This document shows, piece by piece, positions 30,211 to 40,274 of a stretch of DNA of 64,000 nucleotides. The notes under the pieces are model-generated. The model did not search any database. It had not been told where the DNA came from and worked only from the letters and a program-made list of their open reading frames with translations. The translations under genes and the position numbers were made by a program. The stretch spans positions 1 through 64,000 of the forward strand of contig JAXDQU010000008.1 in assembly GCA_034667685.1 (NCBI GenBank), in the 5' to 3' direction. Position 1 is the stretch's first letter. The number at the start of each line of letters is the position of its first letter. The stretch is from Thermoplasmata archaeon. GTDB taxonomy: Archaea > Thermoplasmatota > SW-10-69-26 > JACQPN01 > JAJPHT01.

Positions 30211-31002
30211 ATGGTGGCGCCAGATGCGGGCCCCGTGGCGTTCATCGTCCGGCTCGCCGTCCAAGGCGTCCTGGCCCTTGTGACGGGCCTGCTCTACGCC
30301 TACGTCGCGCGCCTGGTGTTGAGCCGCTCCGTCTCGCCCGAGGCGCAGCGCGCGAACCACGCCTTCGCATTCTGGTGGGCCGCCTTCGGGGCGGTCGAGT
30401 TCCTCGCGGGCGCCTACAACATCCCCTCCGCGTTCGGCTACCGCGACCTGGCGATGGTCACCACCGTCATCAACGTCCTGCTCTTCCTCATCGCCGCCGC
30501 CATCGGCGGGCTCGTCTACTACCTCGTGTACCTCTACACGGGCAATCCCCGCTGGTTCTGGCCCATCGTCACGTTCTACCTCGCGCTCGGCCTCGCCATG
30601 CTCTACCTGATCGCGTGGCTCGATCCCATCGGCTACGACGAGAGCTCCTCCACGCTCCAGCTCACGTACCGGAACCAGCTGGGCGCCACGCCCTCCATCG
30701 CCCTGGGCCTCGTGCTGGCGCTTCCGGTCGTCCTCGCCGCGCTGGGCTACGGCTCGCTCTACTTCCGCGCGCGCGACCCGCCCCAGCGCTTCCGCGTCGG
30801 CCTCGTCGCGGGCTCCTTCCTGGGGTGGTTCGGCTGGTCGAGCGTGAGCACGGTCCTCCAGCTCCAGCAGCGCTTCCCCGACTCGGTGGGGCTCGCCACC
30901 CTCAACGCGGTCATCGCCATCGCCGCGCCGCTGCTCGTCATCCTGGCCTTCCGTCCCCCGCGCTGGATCCGCGCGCGCTGGAACGGGGGCATGGCGGCCT
31001 AG
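30211..31002 (+). CDS. Integral membrane protein (about 7 TM)
   Basis: Seven hydrophobic segments, host-like codons. Confidence 0.7.
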   Translation: MVAPDAGPVAFIVRLAVQGVLALVTGLLYAYVARLVLSRSVSPEAQRANHAFAFWWAAFGAVEFLAGAYNIPSAFGYRDLAMVTTVINVLLFLIAAAIGGLVYYLVYLYTGNPRWFWPIVTFYLALGLAMLYLIAWLDPIGYDESSSTLQLTYRNQLGATPSIALGLVLALPVVLAALGYGSLYFRARDPPQRFRVGLVAGSFLGWFGWSSVSTVLQLQQRFPDSVGLATLNAVIAIAAPLLVILAFRPPRWIRARWNGGMAA

Positions 31003-31619
31003 CGCGGCGCGAAGCGCAGGAGCACGCCACTCCCGAGCGGCGTGGATTCGACGAGCTTCATGCGCAGCACATGCGCTGCGTCGACGGCGCCGGGCCCCTC
31101 CACGAGGCTGGGCGCGCCGCCGCCCACGACCAGGGGCGCCACGAAGATCGACAGCTCGTCGACGAGGCTCGCGCGCAGGAACGCGCCGATGATGGTGGCG
31201 CCCCCTTCGACCATGACGCTCTGCACGCCGCGCGCCGCCAACTCGCGCAGCGCCAGGCGCAGGTCGACGCGCCCCTCGCCGGCCTCGACGCACTCCGCGT
31301 TGGGCATGCGGCGCTGGTTCCCCTTCGCCACGAAGACGAGGGTCCGCGCCTGGCCGTTGAGCACGCGCGCGTTGGGCGGCGTCTGCCCCTTGCTGTCGAG
31401 CACGACGCGCATCGGCTGCTTCGCGGCGCCGGGCGCTTTCGTCAGCAGGCTCGGGTCGTCGGCGAGCACGGTGCCGATGCCCACGAGGATGGCGTCGCTG
31501 CGCGCCCGGAGGTCGTGCACGCGGCGCAGGTCCGCCTCGTCGGAGATCGCGAGCGGATTGCCGCCGCGCAGGGCGATCTTGCCGTCCGCGCTCATGGCCG
31601 CGTTCACGACGACGCGCAT
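30999..31619 (-). CDS. 2,5-diamino-6-ribosylamino-4(3H)-pyrimidinone 5'-phosphate reductase (stand-alone RibD-C / Rib7 type)
   Basis: NAAMSADGKIA, VHDLRARSDAILVGIGTVLADDPSL, MVEGG. Confidence 0.9.
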   Translation of the reverse strand: MRVVVNAAMSADGKIALRGGNPLAISDEADLRRVHDLRARSDAILVGIGTVLADDPSLLTKAPGAAKQPMRVVLDSKGQTPPNARVLNGQARTLVFVAKGNQRRMPNAECVEAGEGRVDLRLALRELAARGVQSVMVEGGATIIGAFLRASLVDELSIFVAPLVVGGGAPSLVEGPGAVDAAHVLRMKLVESTPLGSGVLLRFAPR

Positions 31620-31689
31620 ACGACCTCAGACCCCGGTGGCGGTATATGGAGGAAGCGGAAAAATCAGGCCGTGACCGGCCCGGTCCCTG

Positions 31690-31785
31690 CGCTTCGCATC
31701 GCCGCCAACACGCGAGCACGCCATCACGCCAGCCCGACCGCGCTCGTGTGTTGGCGTGTCCGCGTGTTGGCGGCGATGCGAAGCG
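31690..31785. repeat. Long intergenic inverted repeat (about 34-bp arms)
   Basis: cgcttcgcatcgccgccaacacgcg ... cgcgtgttggcggcgatgcgaagcg. Confidence 0.85.
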
Positions 31786-31795
31786 ACGGCCAGCG

Positions 31796-33064
31796 TCATG
31801 GACGCCCCAGCATCGCGCGCAGCGAGCCGGTGAGTTCGGGCCGCGCGAAACGATAGCCCGCGGCGAGGAGCTTCGTGGGCCTGGCGCGGCAGCTCGCCAG
31901 GAGCAGCTCGTCCGCCATCTCGCCCAGGCCCAGGCGCAGGGCGAAGGCGGGCTCCGGCAGGATCGCGGGCCGGCGCAGCGCGCGGGCCAGCGCGCGCGTG
32001 AAGTCCGCGTTGCGCACGGGGTGGGGCGCGACGACGAGGACGGGGCCCTCCAGCGCGGGCTCGCGCAGCGCGAAGGCGAGCGCGCCCACCACGTCCTCCA
32101 GGTCGACCCAGCTCCACCACGCGCGGCCCGACGCGATGCGCCCGCCCGCGCCCAGGCGGAAGGGCAGGAGGAGCTGCTTGAGCGCGCCGCCGCGCGGTGA
32201 TAGCACGATGCCGAAGCGCGCCTGGACGACGCGCACGCCCATCCCCTCGGCGCGGCCGGCCTCGCGCTCCCACGCCTCGACGACGTCGGCCAGGAAGCCC
32301 GCGCCGCGCGGCGAGGTCTCATCGACCTCGGCTTCGCCCCGGTCGCCGTAGAAGCCGATGGCCGAGGCCGTGACGAGCGCGCGGACGCCGCTCCCCGCGA
32401 GGGCGTCGACGAGCGCGCGCGTGGGCTCGACGCGCGAGGCCAGGATCTCGCGCTTGCGCGCCTTCGTCCAGCGCTTCGAGATGCTCTCGCCCGCCAGGTG
32501 CACCACCGCGTCGAGCCCCGCGAGGTCCGACGCGCCCACGCGCCGCGGCAGCCGCACGACGCGGTGGCCCTGCCCGAGCAGGTGCGCGCGGAGCGCCGCG
32601 CCGATCATGCCGTGCGAGCCGGTGATGCCGATCGCCTGGGGCGCCACGCGCACGCCGGCCTCGCGCGCCGTCTTCTCGTGGCGCCAGCGGAACATGCGGT
32701 CGAGCCGGCGCCGGACGAGCGAGGGCGGGAGGAGCGACGACCACGCGATGCGGTCCTCCAGCCAGGTGCCGCCCGCGCCGTCGCTTCGGAACGTGTGCTC
32801 GTGGCGCCAGCGCCGGAACGGGCCGCGCGCCTGCTCGTCCACGAAGCCGTCGGGAATCGGCTCGTGCCGCGCGACCCACCGGAATCGGAGCGGGCCCGCG
32901 TGGACGCGGAACGCCGCCTCGCCCGCGAGGCCCGCCGCCTCCCGCTCCACGTCCACGCGCTCCCAGGGCGGCGTCAGGCGCTCCAGCGCGCCGGGGCGCT
33001 CGTGCCACGCGCGGACGGCCTCGGGCGACGCGTCGAGGCGCGAGCGCAGGGTGAAGACGGGCAT
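31796..33064 (-). CDS. TIGR01777-family NAD-dependent epimerase with N-terminal SRPBCC domain
   Basis: WHERPGALERLTPPW, GPFRRWRHEH; ITGSHGMIG, HLAGESI, SAIGFYG, GFLADVVEAWE. Confidence 0.88.
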   Translation of the reverse strand: MPVFTLRSRLDASPEAVRAWHERPGALERLTPPWERVDVEREAAGLAGEAAFRVHAGPLRFRWVARHEPIPDGFVDEQARGPFRRWRHEHTFRSDGAGGTWLEDRIAWSSLLPPSLVRRRLDRMFRWRHEKTAREAGVRVAPQAIGITGSHGMIGAALRAHLLGQGHRVVRLPRRVGASDLAGLDAVVHLAGESISKRWTKARKREILASRVEPTRALVDALAGSGVRALVTASAIGFYGDRGEAEVDETSPRGAGFLADVVEAWEREAGRAEGMGVRVVQARFGIVLSPRGGALKQLLLPFRLGAGGRIASGRAWWSWVDLEDVVGALAFALREPALEGPVLVVAPHPVRNADFTRALARALRRPAILPEPAFALRLGLGEMADELLLASCRARPTKLLAAGYRFARPELTGSLRAMLGRP

Positions 33065-33213
33065 GCGGCCGGATATGCTGGGGGCAGAAAGAATCAGCCG
33101 CCTCGGAGCGTTCGGCGCGCATGCGGCTCGTCAAGGTCGTCGCGTCGTGGAACCCCGGCGAGGGGGGCCATTGGCCCGTCAGCCTCACGTGGCACCTCGA
33201 CCCTTGGGGGCGC

Positions 33214-33957
33214 GTGCGGCGCCTCGCCCTGGCCCTTGCCCTCGCTTTCCTTGCCGGCTGCGCCTCGGCGCCCGCGCCCGCCGCGAGGACGTGCGCGCCC
33301 GCCTCCACCGAGCGCGGCGGCGGGCAGGGCGTCTGCGCGATCACCACCGACGGCTGGATCCTCCAGGGCGCCGCGTGGAACCCCGACAACCCGAGCGCGC
33401 CCAGCGTGATGCTCGTCCACGGCCTCAACGAGGACCGGCACAGCTACGACGCGCTCGCCCACGCGCTCGCCGCGAAAGGATATCGCGTGCTCGCGTTCGA
33501 CTCGCGCGGCATGGGGCTCTCGACGAATCTCACCGACGGCTCCACGCGCACGCTGGCCTCCTTCAACCAGCAGGACGTCCTGGCGATGCCGCACGACATG
33601 GCGACGATGGGCGCCTCGTTCCAACCCACCGCCATCGTGGGCGCGAGCGTCGGCGCCAACGAGGCCATCGCATACGCCGCGCTCTCGCCGGGCGTCCGCA
33701 CCGTCGTCCTCCTCTCGGCGGGCGAGAGCTACCAGGGCCTCGACGCGACCGCGCCCGCCGCGAAGTACGGCGGCTCCATCCTGTTCGTCGCCTCGCAGGG
33801 CGACACGTACGCCGCCGGCAGCGCGCAGGACCTCGCCTCGCGGCACCACGGCGAGCACCAGGTGGACGTCGTGGGCGGCAGCGCGCACGGGACGAACCTT
33901 CTCGCCGACCCCACGATCCAGGGCGCCGTGGTGGCGTGGCTGGGCCAGCACCGGTGA
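33214..33957 (+). CDS. Alpha/beta hydrolase lipoprotein
   Basis: Lipobox LAGC; LVHG, FDSRGMG, nucleophile GASVG, His in AHGT; GTG start inferred. Confidence 0.82.
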   Translation: MRRLALALALAFLAGCASAPAPAARTCAPASTERGGGQGVCAITTDGWILQGAAWNPDNPSAPSVMLVHGLNEDRHSYDALAHALAAKGYRVLAFDSRGMGLSTNLTDGSTRTLASFNQQDVLAMPHDMATMGASFQPTAIVGASVGANEAIAYAALSPGVRTVVLLSAGESYQGLDATAPAAKYGGSILFVASQGDTYAAGSAQDLASRHHGEHQVDVVGGSAHGTNLLADPTIQGAVVAWLGQHR

Positions 33958-33966
33958 TATCACGAA

Positions 33967-34035
33967 GGCTCGGGGCTCTGGACTCAGGACTCCGGGCTCC
34001 GGAGCCCTGAGCCTGGAGTCCAGAGCCCCGAGCCC
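33967..34035. repeat. Palindromic REP-like repeat, copy 2
   Basis: ggctcggggctctggactc ... gagtccagagccccgagccc, same ends as 26549-26611. Confidence 0.85.
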
Positions 34036-34073
34036 TCGATAGGTTCATGGCGGCGCCCCACTTCGGCAGCAGC

Positions 34074-35411
34074 ATGGCGCGCGACGACGAGGAGGCGACC
34101 TTCGACGACCTGCCGCTCTCCGAGCGCGCGCGGGAGGCGGTGCACCGGCTGGGCTGGCGCGCGCCCACGCCGATCCAACGACTCGCCGTGCCGCAGCTCG
34201 CGATGGGGCGCGACGTCATCGGGCGCGCGCAGACCGGCAGCGGCAAGACCGCCGCGTTCGGCCTCGTGCTCACCGACCAGGTGAAGGCGCCCGGCGTCCA
34301 GGCGCTCGTGCTGGCGCCCACGCGCGAGCTGGTCGTGCAGATCGCGCGCGACCTCAACGCGCTCGCGGAAGGCGCGCCGTTCCGCGCGGTGCCCGTCTAC
34401 GGCGGCGTGCCCTACGACGAGCAGATCGCCGCGCTCGCCGACCCGGCGACGACGTGCATCGTCGCGACGACCGGACGGCTCCTCGACCTCCTCGCGCGCC
34501 GCCAGGTCCTCCTCGACCAGGTGCGCTTCGTCGTGCTCGACGAGGCCGACCGCATGCTGGACCTCGGCTTCCTCCCCGAAGTCGAGCGCGTCCTCAAACT
34601 CATCCCCGGCGGGCGGCAGACCGCGCTGTTCACGGCGACGATGCCCAGGAAGGTCGCGCTCCTCGCGCACCAGTACATGGCCCACCCGCGCGAGGTCGAG
34701 GTCGGCCCCCAAACGCCGCTCACCGCGGAGCACTACCGCGTGGACGTCGCGAGCACGCACCGCCACGCCGCGCTCGCCGCGCTCCTCGCCAAGGAGAAGC
34801 CCGCCCGCTGCCTCGTCTTCGTCCGCACGCGCGAAGGCGCCGCCAAGCTCGCGCGCGAGCTGGTCGAACAAGGCGTCCTCGCCACGCCGCTCCACGGCGA
34901 CCTCACGCAGCCCCAGCGCGAGCGCGTCGTCGCGTCGCTGCGCGAGGGCCGCACCGCGCTCGTCGTCGCCACCGACGTCGCCGCGCGCGGCCTCGACTTC
35001 CCCGCCATCTCGCACGTCGTCAACTTCGAGGTGCCCGAGGAGGCCGACCAGTACGTCCACCGCGCCGGCAGGACCGCGCGCGCCGGCCGCGAAGGGCGCG
35101 TCTTCACGCTCGTCACCGAGAACGACGGGCGCGCCCTCGAAGCCGTCCAGCGCGCCGCCAAGGTCGCGCTCCAGCCCTACGCGCTATCATTCTTGAGCGC
35201 GCAGGGCGACGTCGTGGACACCGCGACGACGCCGCTGACGCCCCCCAAGATGGAGATGCCCGGCGGCAACGCCCGCGGCGCGCGCCGCCGCGCCAAGCCC
35301 ACGCCGCCCAACCCGCTCAGCAAGCTCGTCGAGGAGCCCGAGCCGGAGCCCGAAGCGAAGGGACCGGAGAACGACCTTCCCCCCTCGCGGCGCGAGCGAC
35401 GACGGACGTGA
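34074..35411 (+). CDS. DEAD-box RNA helicase
   Basis: PTPIQ, AQTGSGKT, PTREL, DEAD, ARGLD, HRAGRTAR; start 34047 or 34074. Confidence 0.95.
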   Translation: MARDDEEATFDDLPLSERAREAVHRLGWRAPTPIQRLAVPQLAMGRDVIGRAQTGSGKTAAFGLVLTDQVKAPGVQALVLAPTRELVVQIARDLNALAEGAPFRAVPVYGGVPYDEQIAALADPATTCIVATTGRLLDLLARRQVLLDQVRFVVLDEADRMLDLGFLPEVERVLKLIPGGRQTALFTATMPRKVALLAHQYMAHPREVEVGPQTPLTAEHYRVDVASTHRHAALAALLAKEKPARCLVFVRTREGAAKLARELVEQGVLATPLHGDLTQPQRERVVASLREGRTALVVATDVAARGLDFPAISHVVNFEVPEEADQYVHRAGRTARAGREGRVFTLVTENDGRALEAVQRAAKVALQPYALSFLSAQGDVVDTATTPLTPPKMEMPGGNARGARRRAKPTPPNPLSKLVEEPEPEPEAKGPENDLPPSRRERRRT

Positions 35412-35560
35412 AACGTTCGCGTGAAACGTGGGACAGGATCGACGGCTGCTGCAGGATTCCCTACCGGCCCTCGTGCGGTTGCCTGTGGTAACTGTTCTTG
35501 TCACGAGTTTGCTCCGCAATCCATTTCCTCCAATGGTTGTTAGGTCGGGTCCGTTCACCC

Positions 35561-36697
35561 ATGACACGACGTAGTCTGCCATTCGCCCTTGCCCTCGTGG
35601 CGTTCCTCTCGGCAGCAGACCTTTGCCCCATCGCGGTTGCTGAGGATATCTGTGCCGATGTGTTCCACGGCCCCTGCCCCCGCGTCGCGATCCCCGTCGT
35701 CATCCCTGTTGGTATCCCCGTTGGCATCCCCATTGTTACCCTTGACTATGGAAGCCCGGGTACCTGGTGTGGCGCAGCCGAGGAAACCTATCCGGCCGGA
35801 GCCGTTTCGGGCCCTGCTTACGAATCCGACTGGTACTCGCACACGGCTGTCGTCGCTACGACCTATGCCCTGAGCGCGAGTGGCCACGGGGGCTTCACTG
35901 TCTACAGCGACGATTGCGGGAGCTGGCTTTGCTCGGGGTCTGATTCGTCACCGTGTACGGTCGAGGGCACCGGCAAGTTCTACATCAATGTCTTTGCATC
36001 CAACGCCTACACGCTCGCGTTCGCCCCATCTGCGCCCGTAGGGTGCCTGCAGGCCGCGGATGTGACCACGCTTAACGCCTGCGGCGTCGGTCCAGCTTGC
36101 CCTTCAGGTCTAACAAGTCCTCCCGGGCCAGGCCAAGTTGGAGTCGTTTGCGGGCTTCCCGTGCCGCGTCCCGGAACGCCCGCCGGCGTGGCTTCGTGCG
36201 CGACGTACAACGCGAACTTCAATTCCCCCTATCCGGGGCAAAACCAGGGGGTCGTGATCGAGTTCGATCCGCCTGGACCGGAGGGAGACGTGGCCTTCTG
36301 CGCGGGCACCCTCACGGGCGCGCCTTGTGCGCCCGGTCAACCTGGCGTCATGCTCAACAACGATCCCATCTGTGCGCCCGGGTGCTCCCAAGGGGTAAGC
36401 CCCCAGACGGTGAGCGCTTGCGGTTTCGGACCCTTCTGCCCATCGGGTGTTACAAGCCCGGCCGGGCCGGGACAAGCCCTTGTGATCTGTGGGCAAGGTG
36501 TCTCGGCGTGTAGCCTGACCGGGGCGGGTCCCGGCGCAGGTTGGGGCGTGGGCGCCAACGACGCCTGCATTGGCCTCCCGTGGGCAGCCCAAGGAGCGGC
36601 CTCACCTTGTCCGGCGACCGCGACGCTCAACTTGCGCATCTACTGGGGGACGACGCCCGCGTTCGCGCCGGGCAGCTACTTCGACGTCTGCTTCTGA
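35561..36697 (+). CDS. Secreted Cys/Gly/Pro-rich protein with internal duplication, lower GC
   Basis: Signal peptide; ACGVGPACPSGLTSPPGPGQVGVVCG repeated as ACGFGPFCPSGVTSPAGPGQALVICG. Confidence 0.6.
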   Translation: MTRRSLPFALALVAFLSAADLCPIAVAEDICADVFHGPCPRVAIPVVIPVGIPVGIPIVTLDYGSPGTWCGAAEETYPAGAVSGPAYESDWYSHTAVVATTYALSASGHGGFTVYSDDCGSWLCSGSDSSPCTVEGTGKFYINVFASNAYTLAFAPSAPVGCLQAADVTTLNACGVGPACPSGLTSPPGPGQVGVVCGLPVPRPGTPAGVASCATYNANFNSPYPGQNQGVVIEFDPPGPEGDVAFCAGTLTGAPCAPGQPGVMLNNDPICAPGCSQGVSPQTVSACGFGPFCPSGVTSPAGPGQALVICGQGVSACSLTGAGPGAGWGVGANDACIGLPWAAQGAASPCPATATLNLRIYWGTTPAFAPGSYFDVCF

Positions 36698-36720
36698 CGC
36701 GGGCGCGGCGCCGGGCCCGT

Positions 36721-38418
36721 TCAGCTCGGACAAAACCCAAGCCCGTCGTCGTAGCAGTCGACGTCGCGCAATTGATAGCTGTCGCCCGGCGCGGCGCCCA
36801 GGGGGTTGCCGTCGGTGTAGCGCGGCATGTCGTCGTGGCCGCCGAGGTCCTTCCACCAGAGGGCGGGGTCGCAGGTCCAGCCGTGGTCGTTGGGCGCGCC
36901 GGCGCCGACGCTGCCTTCGCAGGCTTCCGCGCCGTAGGTGCCCGCGCCGTTGGGAAGCTGGTAGCCGGGCATGTCGATGGCGGCGTAGAAGCTGAACCAC
37001 GTGGAGCCGGTGAGCGTGAGGTCGCGCCGGAGGAGCGGCGGGTTGACGACGGGCGCGTGGAGGCTCGTCCAGATGGGGCCGCCGTACTGGTTGCGCAGGT
37101 AGGGCGTGCCGAAGTCGCTGGGGAAGCGGCCGCTCTCCAGGATCGGGTCGACGCTCGGGTCGAGGCCGCGGTAGCCCTCGTCGAACTGGAAGACGACGTC
37201 GTTGGTCGCGCGGTCGCCGCCGCCGAAGCCGACCTGGCCCTCGACGTCGCGGCCCACGTAGAAGCTGGAGGCGGGGCTCGCGGTGCTCGCGTCGCAGTCG
37301 CCGTGGGGGCCGTCGAGCGCGTACTCCGCCGCGTCCCAGTACGATCCGCGCGCGTCGTGGACCTGCGGCGAGGGCTCGGGGGCCCAGACGAGCTGGCCCT
37401 GCGCGTTGCCCGGCGCGGGGCGCCAGTCGCCGTTGCCATCGAAGACCTCGGTGGGTCCCACGACCGGTGTCGGCTGCGGGCCGGAGAGCTCGCCGCCGCT
37501 GGGGTCCTGGAGGGTGGTCGACTCGATGGCGCCGCCGGTGGGGTCGCCCACGCCCAACGCGGTCGGGCGCGAGCAGTCCCAGAGCGTGGCGGCGGGGTCG
37601 CCCGAGCCCTCCTGCGCGAGGCCGGCCTGGCCGCTGACGGGGTCGCCGAAGGCCGTGACGAGGAAGGCAGCGTCCAGCGTGGGGCCCGCTTCGGGCGCGA
37701 GGGCGTCGAGCGTGGCGCGGGCGTCGCCGCCGTCCTCGCAGTCGACGACGCGCAGCAGGCCGCCCACGCTCGAGGTCGCGCCGCGCGGGAGCGGAGCGGC
37801 GGGGCAGTTGGCGGGGGGCGCGTCGGCGGGCGCGCCGAAGTCGCCCCAGATGCGCACGCCCTGCGCGTAGAGCGCGACCGGGTCGCCGTAGTAGGCGTGG
37901 TCGCCCGGCGTGGGCGCCAGCGTCGCGCCCAACGAGGACTGCGCGGGGCACGTCGCGGCGTCGTACTGGTACTCGCACGGGTCGACGCTGCCGATCATGA
38001 GCAGCTCGGTGGCCCACTGGCCGTCGTTGTGCGGGCCGCCGATGGGGCACGCGACGTGGTCCGTCACGAGCTGCGCGGGGTAGTCCATGAGCGCGCCCTC
38101 GGCGGTGCCCACGTAGCCGTCGCCGTTGCAGTCGACCCACGCGCCCAGCAGCGCGTTGAACGAGTCCGGGCCGGGCGCCACGAGGCGCGTGCCCAGCGTC
38201 GCGCTGTTGGGGTTGACGACCGTGCCGTCGAGCGAGGGGAACGCGTCGAAGTAAAGGCGCATCGTCGCGCCCGCGGGCGGCGCGGTCTGCCACATCGGGC
38301 CGGTGCGGTCCTGCGGCGTGCTCGGCTCGGCGCTGCCCGGGCCCCCGCCCCAGCCGAATGCGGCTGGCGAGAGGGACGCGAGCGCGAGGAGCAGGACGGC
38401 GACGCGGGAGGCGCGCAT
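36721..38418 (-). CDS. Secreted acidic hypothetical protein
   Basis: MRASRVAVLLLALASLSPAAFG signal peptide; DCNGDGYVG Ca-binding-like motif; several Cys. Confidence 0.7.
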   Translation of the reverse strand: MRASRVAVLLLALASLSPAAFGWGGGPGSAEPSTPQDRTGPMWQTAPPAGATMRLYFDAFPSLDGTVVNPNSATLGTRLVAPGPDSFNALLGAWVDCNGDGYVGTAEGALMDYPAQLVTDHVACPIGGPHNDGQWATELLMIGSVDPCEYQYDAATCPAQSSLGATLAPTPGDHAYYGDPVALYAQGVRIWGDFGAPADAPPANCPAAPLPRGATSSVGGLLRVVDCEDGGDARATLDALAPEAGPTLDAAFLVTAFGDPVSGQAGLAQEGSGDPAATLWDCSRPTALGVGDPTGGAIESTTLQDPSGGELSGPQPTPVVGPTEVFDGNGDWRPAPGNAQGQLVWAPEPSPQVHDARGSYWDAAEYALDGPHGDCDASTASPASSFYVGRDVEGQVGFGGGDRATNDVVFQFDEGYRGLDPSVDPILESGRFPSDFGTPYLRNQYGGPIWTSLHAPVVNPPLLRRDLTLTGSTWFSFYAAIDMPGYQLPNGAGTYGAEACEGSVGAGAPNDHGWTCDPALWWKDLGGHDDMPRYTDGNPLGAAPGDSYQLRDVDCYDDGLGFCPS

Positions 38419-38582
38419 GGTCTCGGCCGCGCGAGCCGACTGGGGGACTTGAGCTTGCTGGTGAAGATGGCTCCGCGAGCGCCGCGGATGCGCGGAGTTG
38501 CGGAACGGGCCTCGTTGCCGCCGGCTCGGTTCGGCAGAGCCTTCTAGCGAAGCCGACTCAACACGAATCGGATGGATGCACC

Positions 38583-38852
38583 ATGATGACGGCACGTTTC
38601 GAGAAGCGCGATTTCAAGAGGATCTTCCTCTACCTGGACATCCTCGTCATGGGGATCTTCGCCGTGAGCCTCGTGGTGCTCGTGCGCGACGCCTACGTGG
38701 CCGGGTTCTACGAGCAGCGCGTCGACACCCTCTACAGCCTGAACTTCTGGGCGATGCTCCGCGACGCGGTCTTCGTCGTGGGCAGCCTCGCGTGGATGTT
38801 CTTCCGCTACTTCCGCACGCAGGTCGCCGCGTTCCAGGACCCCTGGAGCTGA
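38583..38852 (+). CDS. Small 2-TM membrane protein
   Basis: Two hydrophobic helices, host-like codons. Confidence 0.7.
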   Translation: MMTARFEKRDFKRIFLYLDILVMGIFAVSLVVLVRDAYVAGFYEQRVDTLYSLNFWAMLRDAVFVVGSLAWMFFRYFRTQVAAFQDPWS

Positions 38853-39020
38853 GCCCGCCCTTTTCTGGCGCCGCCACGTCGACCTACGGTGGACGGCGCC
38901 CAGGTCCTTCTCTTCGCCCGCTGGGCCACGCTCGGCTCCGCGCGTGCCCGGGCTCGGGGGAAAGGCGCGTCTGAAAAGAAGGAAGACGGGGGGCGGCGGG
39001 CGCCGCGCCCCGCGGGAAGC

Positions 39021-39485
39021 TCATCCCGAGATCGAGGGCAGGGCGTACATGACGTAGGCGCTGAGGTCCTTCGCGTTCAGGCCGAGCGACCCGTTGAGCC
39101 AGTCGCCGCACGTGAACAGCACGCTCTGGGAGCTGCCGTCGTGGTACGGCTTGACCCAGCCCTGGTCGTCGGTGGGGTCGCCGTTGCCGAGCGTGCACTT
39201 CACGCCGCAGTTGTCCCTGCTCCCGGACACCTCGTCGACCGAGAACGAGGTCTGCTTGCCGTTCCAGTCGAAGCTTCCGATGACGTGGTCGTCGCACGCG
39301 TTGCCGCCGCAGCCATCCACCCAGTCGCCCTTCGCGCTCTTGGGATCGTCGGTGGACGAGAACCACACCTGGCCCGTCCCCGGGCCGAACGACTCGCTGT
39401 GGCACGAGCTGCCGGCAGCGGCGGTGGGAAACGGCAGGAGGCTGAGCAGCGCGAAGGCCGCCATCACGATTCGCATCTTCATCAT
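39021..39485 (-). CDS. Small secreted Cys-containing protein
   Basis: Signal peptide ending PTAAA, 6 Cys; followed by a GC stem and pyrimidine tract. Confidence 0.7.
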   Translation of the reverse strand: MMKMRIVMAAFALLSLLPFPTAAAGSSCHSESFGPGTGQVWFSSTDDPKSAKGDWVDGCGGNACDDHVIGSFDWNGKQTSFSVDEVSGSRDNCGVKCTLGNGDPTDDQGWVKPYHDGSSQSVLFTCGDWLNGSLGLNAKDLSAYVMYALPSISG

Positions 39486-39717
39486 GGGTCTCACGTCGCC
39501 GCGCGAGGCGGCAACCCGTCCACGCCCCCGGCGCCGATACGTCGTGGCTCCCCGCGCGAGGATGGGAAGACCCGTGCGTCCGCGTGACGGGTCCACGTGA
39601 GCCTTGCGGCGCGGCGAGGAACGCCGCCCGCCCCTGGCCCCCTGGCCCGAAGCCATGAAATAGGGGGTCCACGTTGTTCGCGTCGCCCCCGGGCACGCCC
39701 GGAGGTCGGCGCAAGCC

Positions 39718-39790
39718 GGGCGCTTAGATCAGCTGGTAGATCGCGTCCTTCGCAAGGACGAGGCCGGGGGTTCAAATCCCCCAGCGTCCA
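39718..39790 (+). tRNA. tRNA-Ala(CGC)
   Basis: Acceptor GGGCGCT/AGCGTCC with G3:U70; anticodon arm cgtcc-TTCGCAA-ggacg; T-loop GTTCAAATC; no encoded CCA. Confidence 0.95.
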
Positions 39791-39871
39791 CTTTTCGAGA
39801 CGCCGTCACCCCCGCGGGTGAGGCGAGCATCTTCATGGCGCGAGGCGCATGCCCGGCGCGAGGCTTCCCCC

Positions 39872-40159
39872 ATGCGCAGCATCCTTCTCGTCGCGGCCGC
39901 CCTCGCCGTGACGCTCGTCGCCCTGCCCGGCCACGCCGGCACGGCCCCCTGCTACACGACCTCCGAGCCGACCCAGGCGTTCGCGGTCAACGGCCAGCTC
40001 TACTATGCCGTCGTCGACCAGCACGGCGCGCCCGACCTCTACGTTTACCAGGAGACGAACGGGATCGACGGCCTCCAGCGCCACGACGACCGCGTGGACG
40101 ACCTGGGCAGCTGCCGCGACGGCACGCCCGGCGACACGTGGGCCTTCTCCCTCGTCTGA
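39872..40159 (+). CDS. Small secreted protein (YQETNGIDGLQR motif)
   Basis: Signal peptide, 2 Cys, lies between the two tRNAs. Confidence 0.7.
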   Translation: MRSILLVAAALAVTLVALPGHAGTAPCYTTSEPTQAFAVNGQLYYAVVDQHGAPDLYVYQETNGIDGLQRHDDRVDDLGSCRDGTPGDTWAFSLV

Positions 40160-40200
40160 GGAAAGGATCATAGCCGGGAGCATGGCTCCCCGCGCGCCAC

Positions 40201-40274
40201 GGGCGCGTAGGCTAGCTTGGATAGACTTCGGGCCTCCGGAGCCTGAGACTTGGGTTCGAATCCCAACGCGTCCG
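40201..40274 (+). tRNA. tRNA-Arg(CCG)
   Basis: Acceptor GGGCGCG/CGCGTCC; anticodon arm cgggc-CTCCGGA-gcctg; GTTCGAATC; no encoded CCA. Confidence 0.95.

Noticed and set aside
35407-35429. 10-bp direct repeat CGTGAAACGT at the helicase stop as a target-site duplication
   Set aside because: Too short and too closely spaced to separate from chance or slippage
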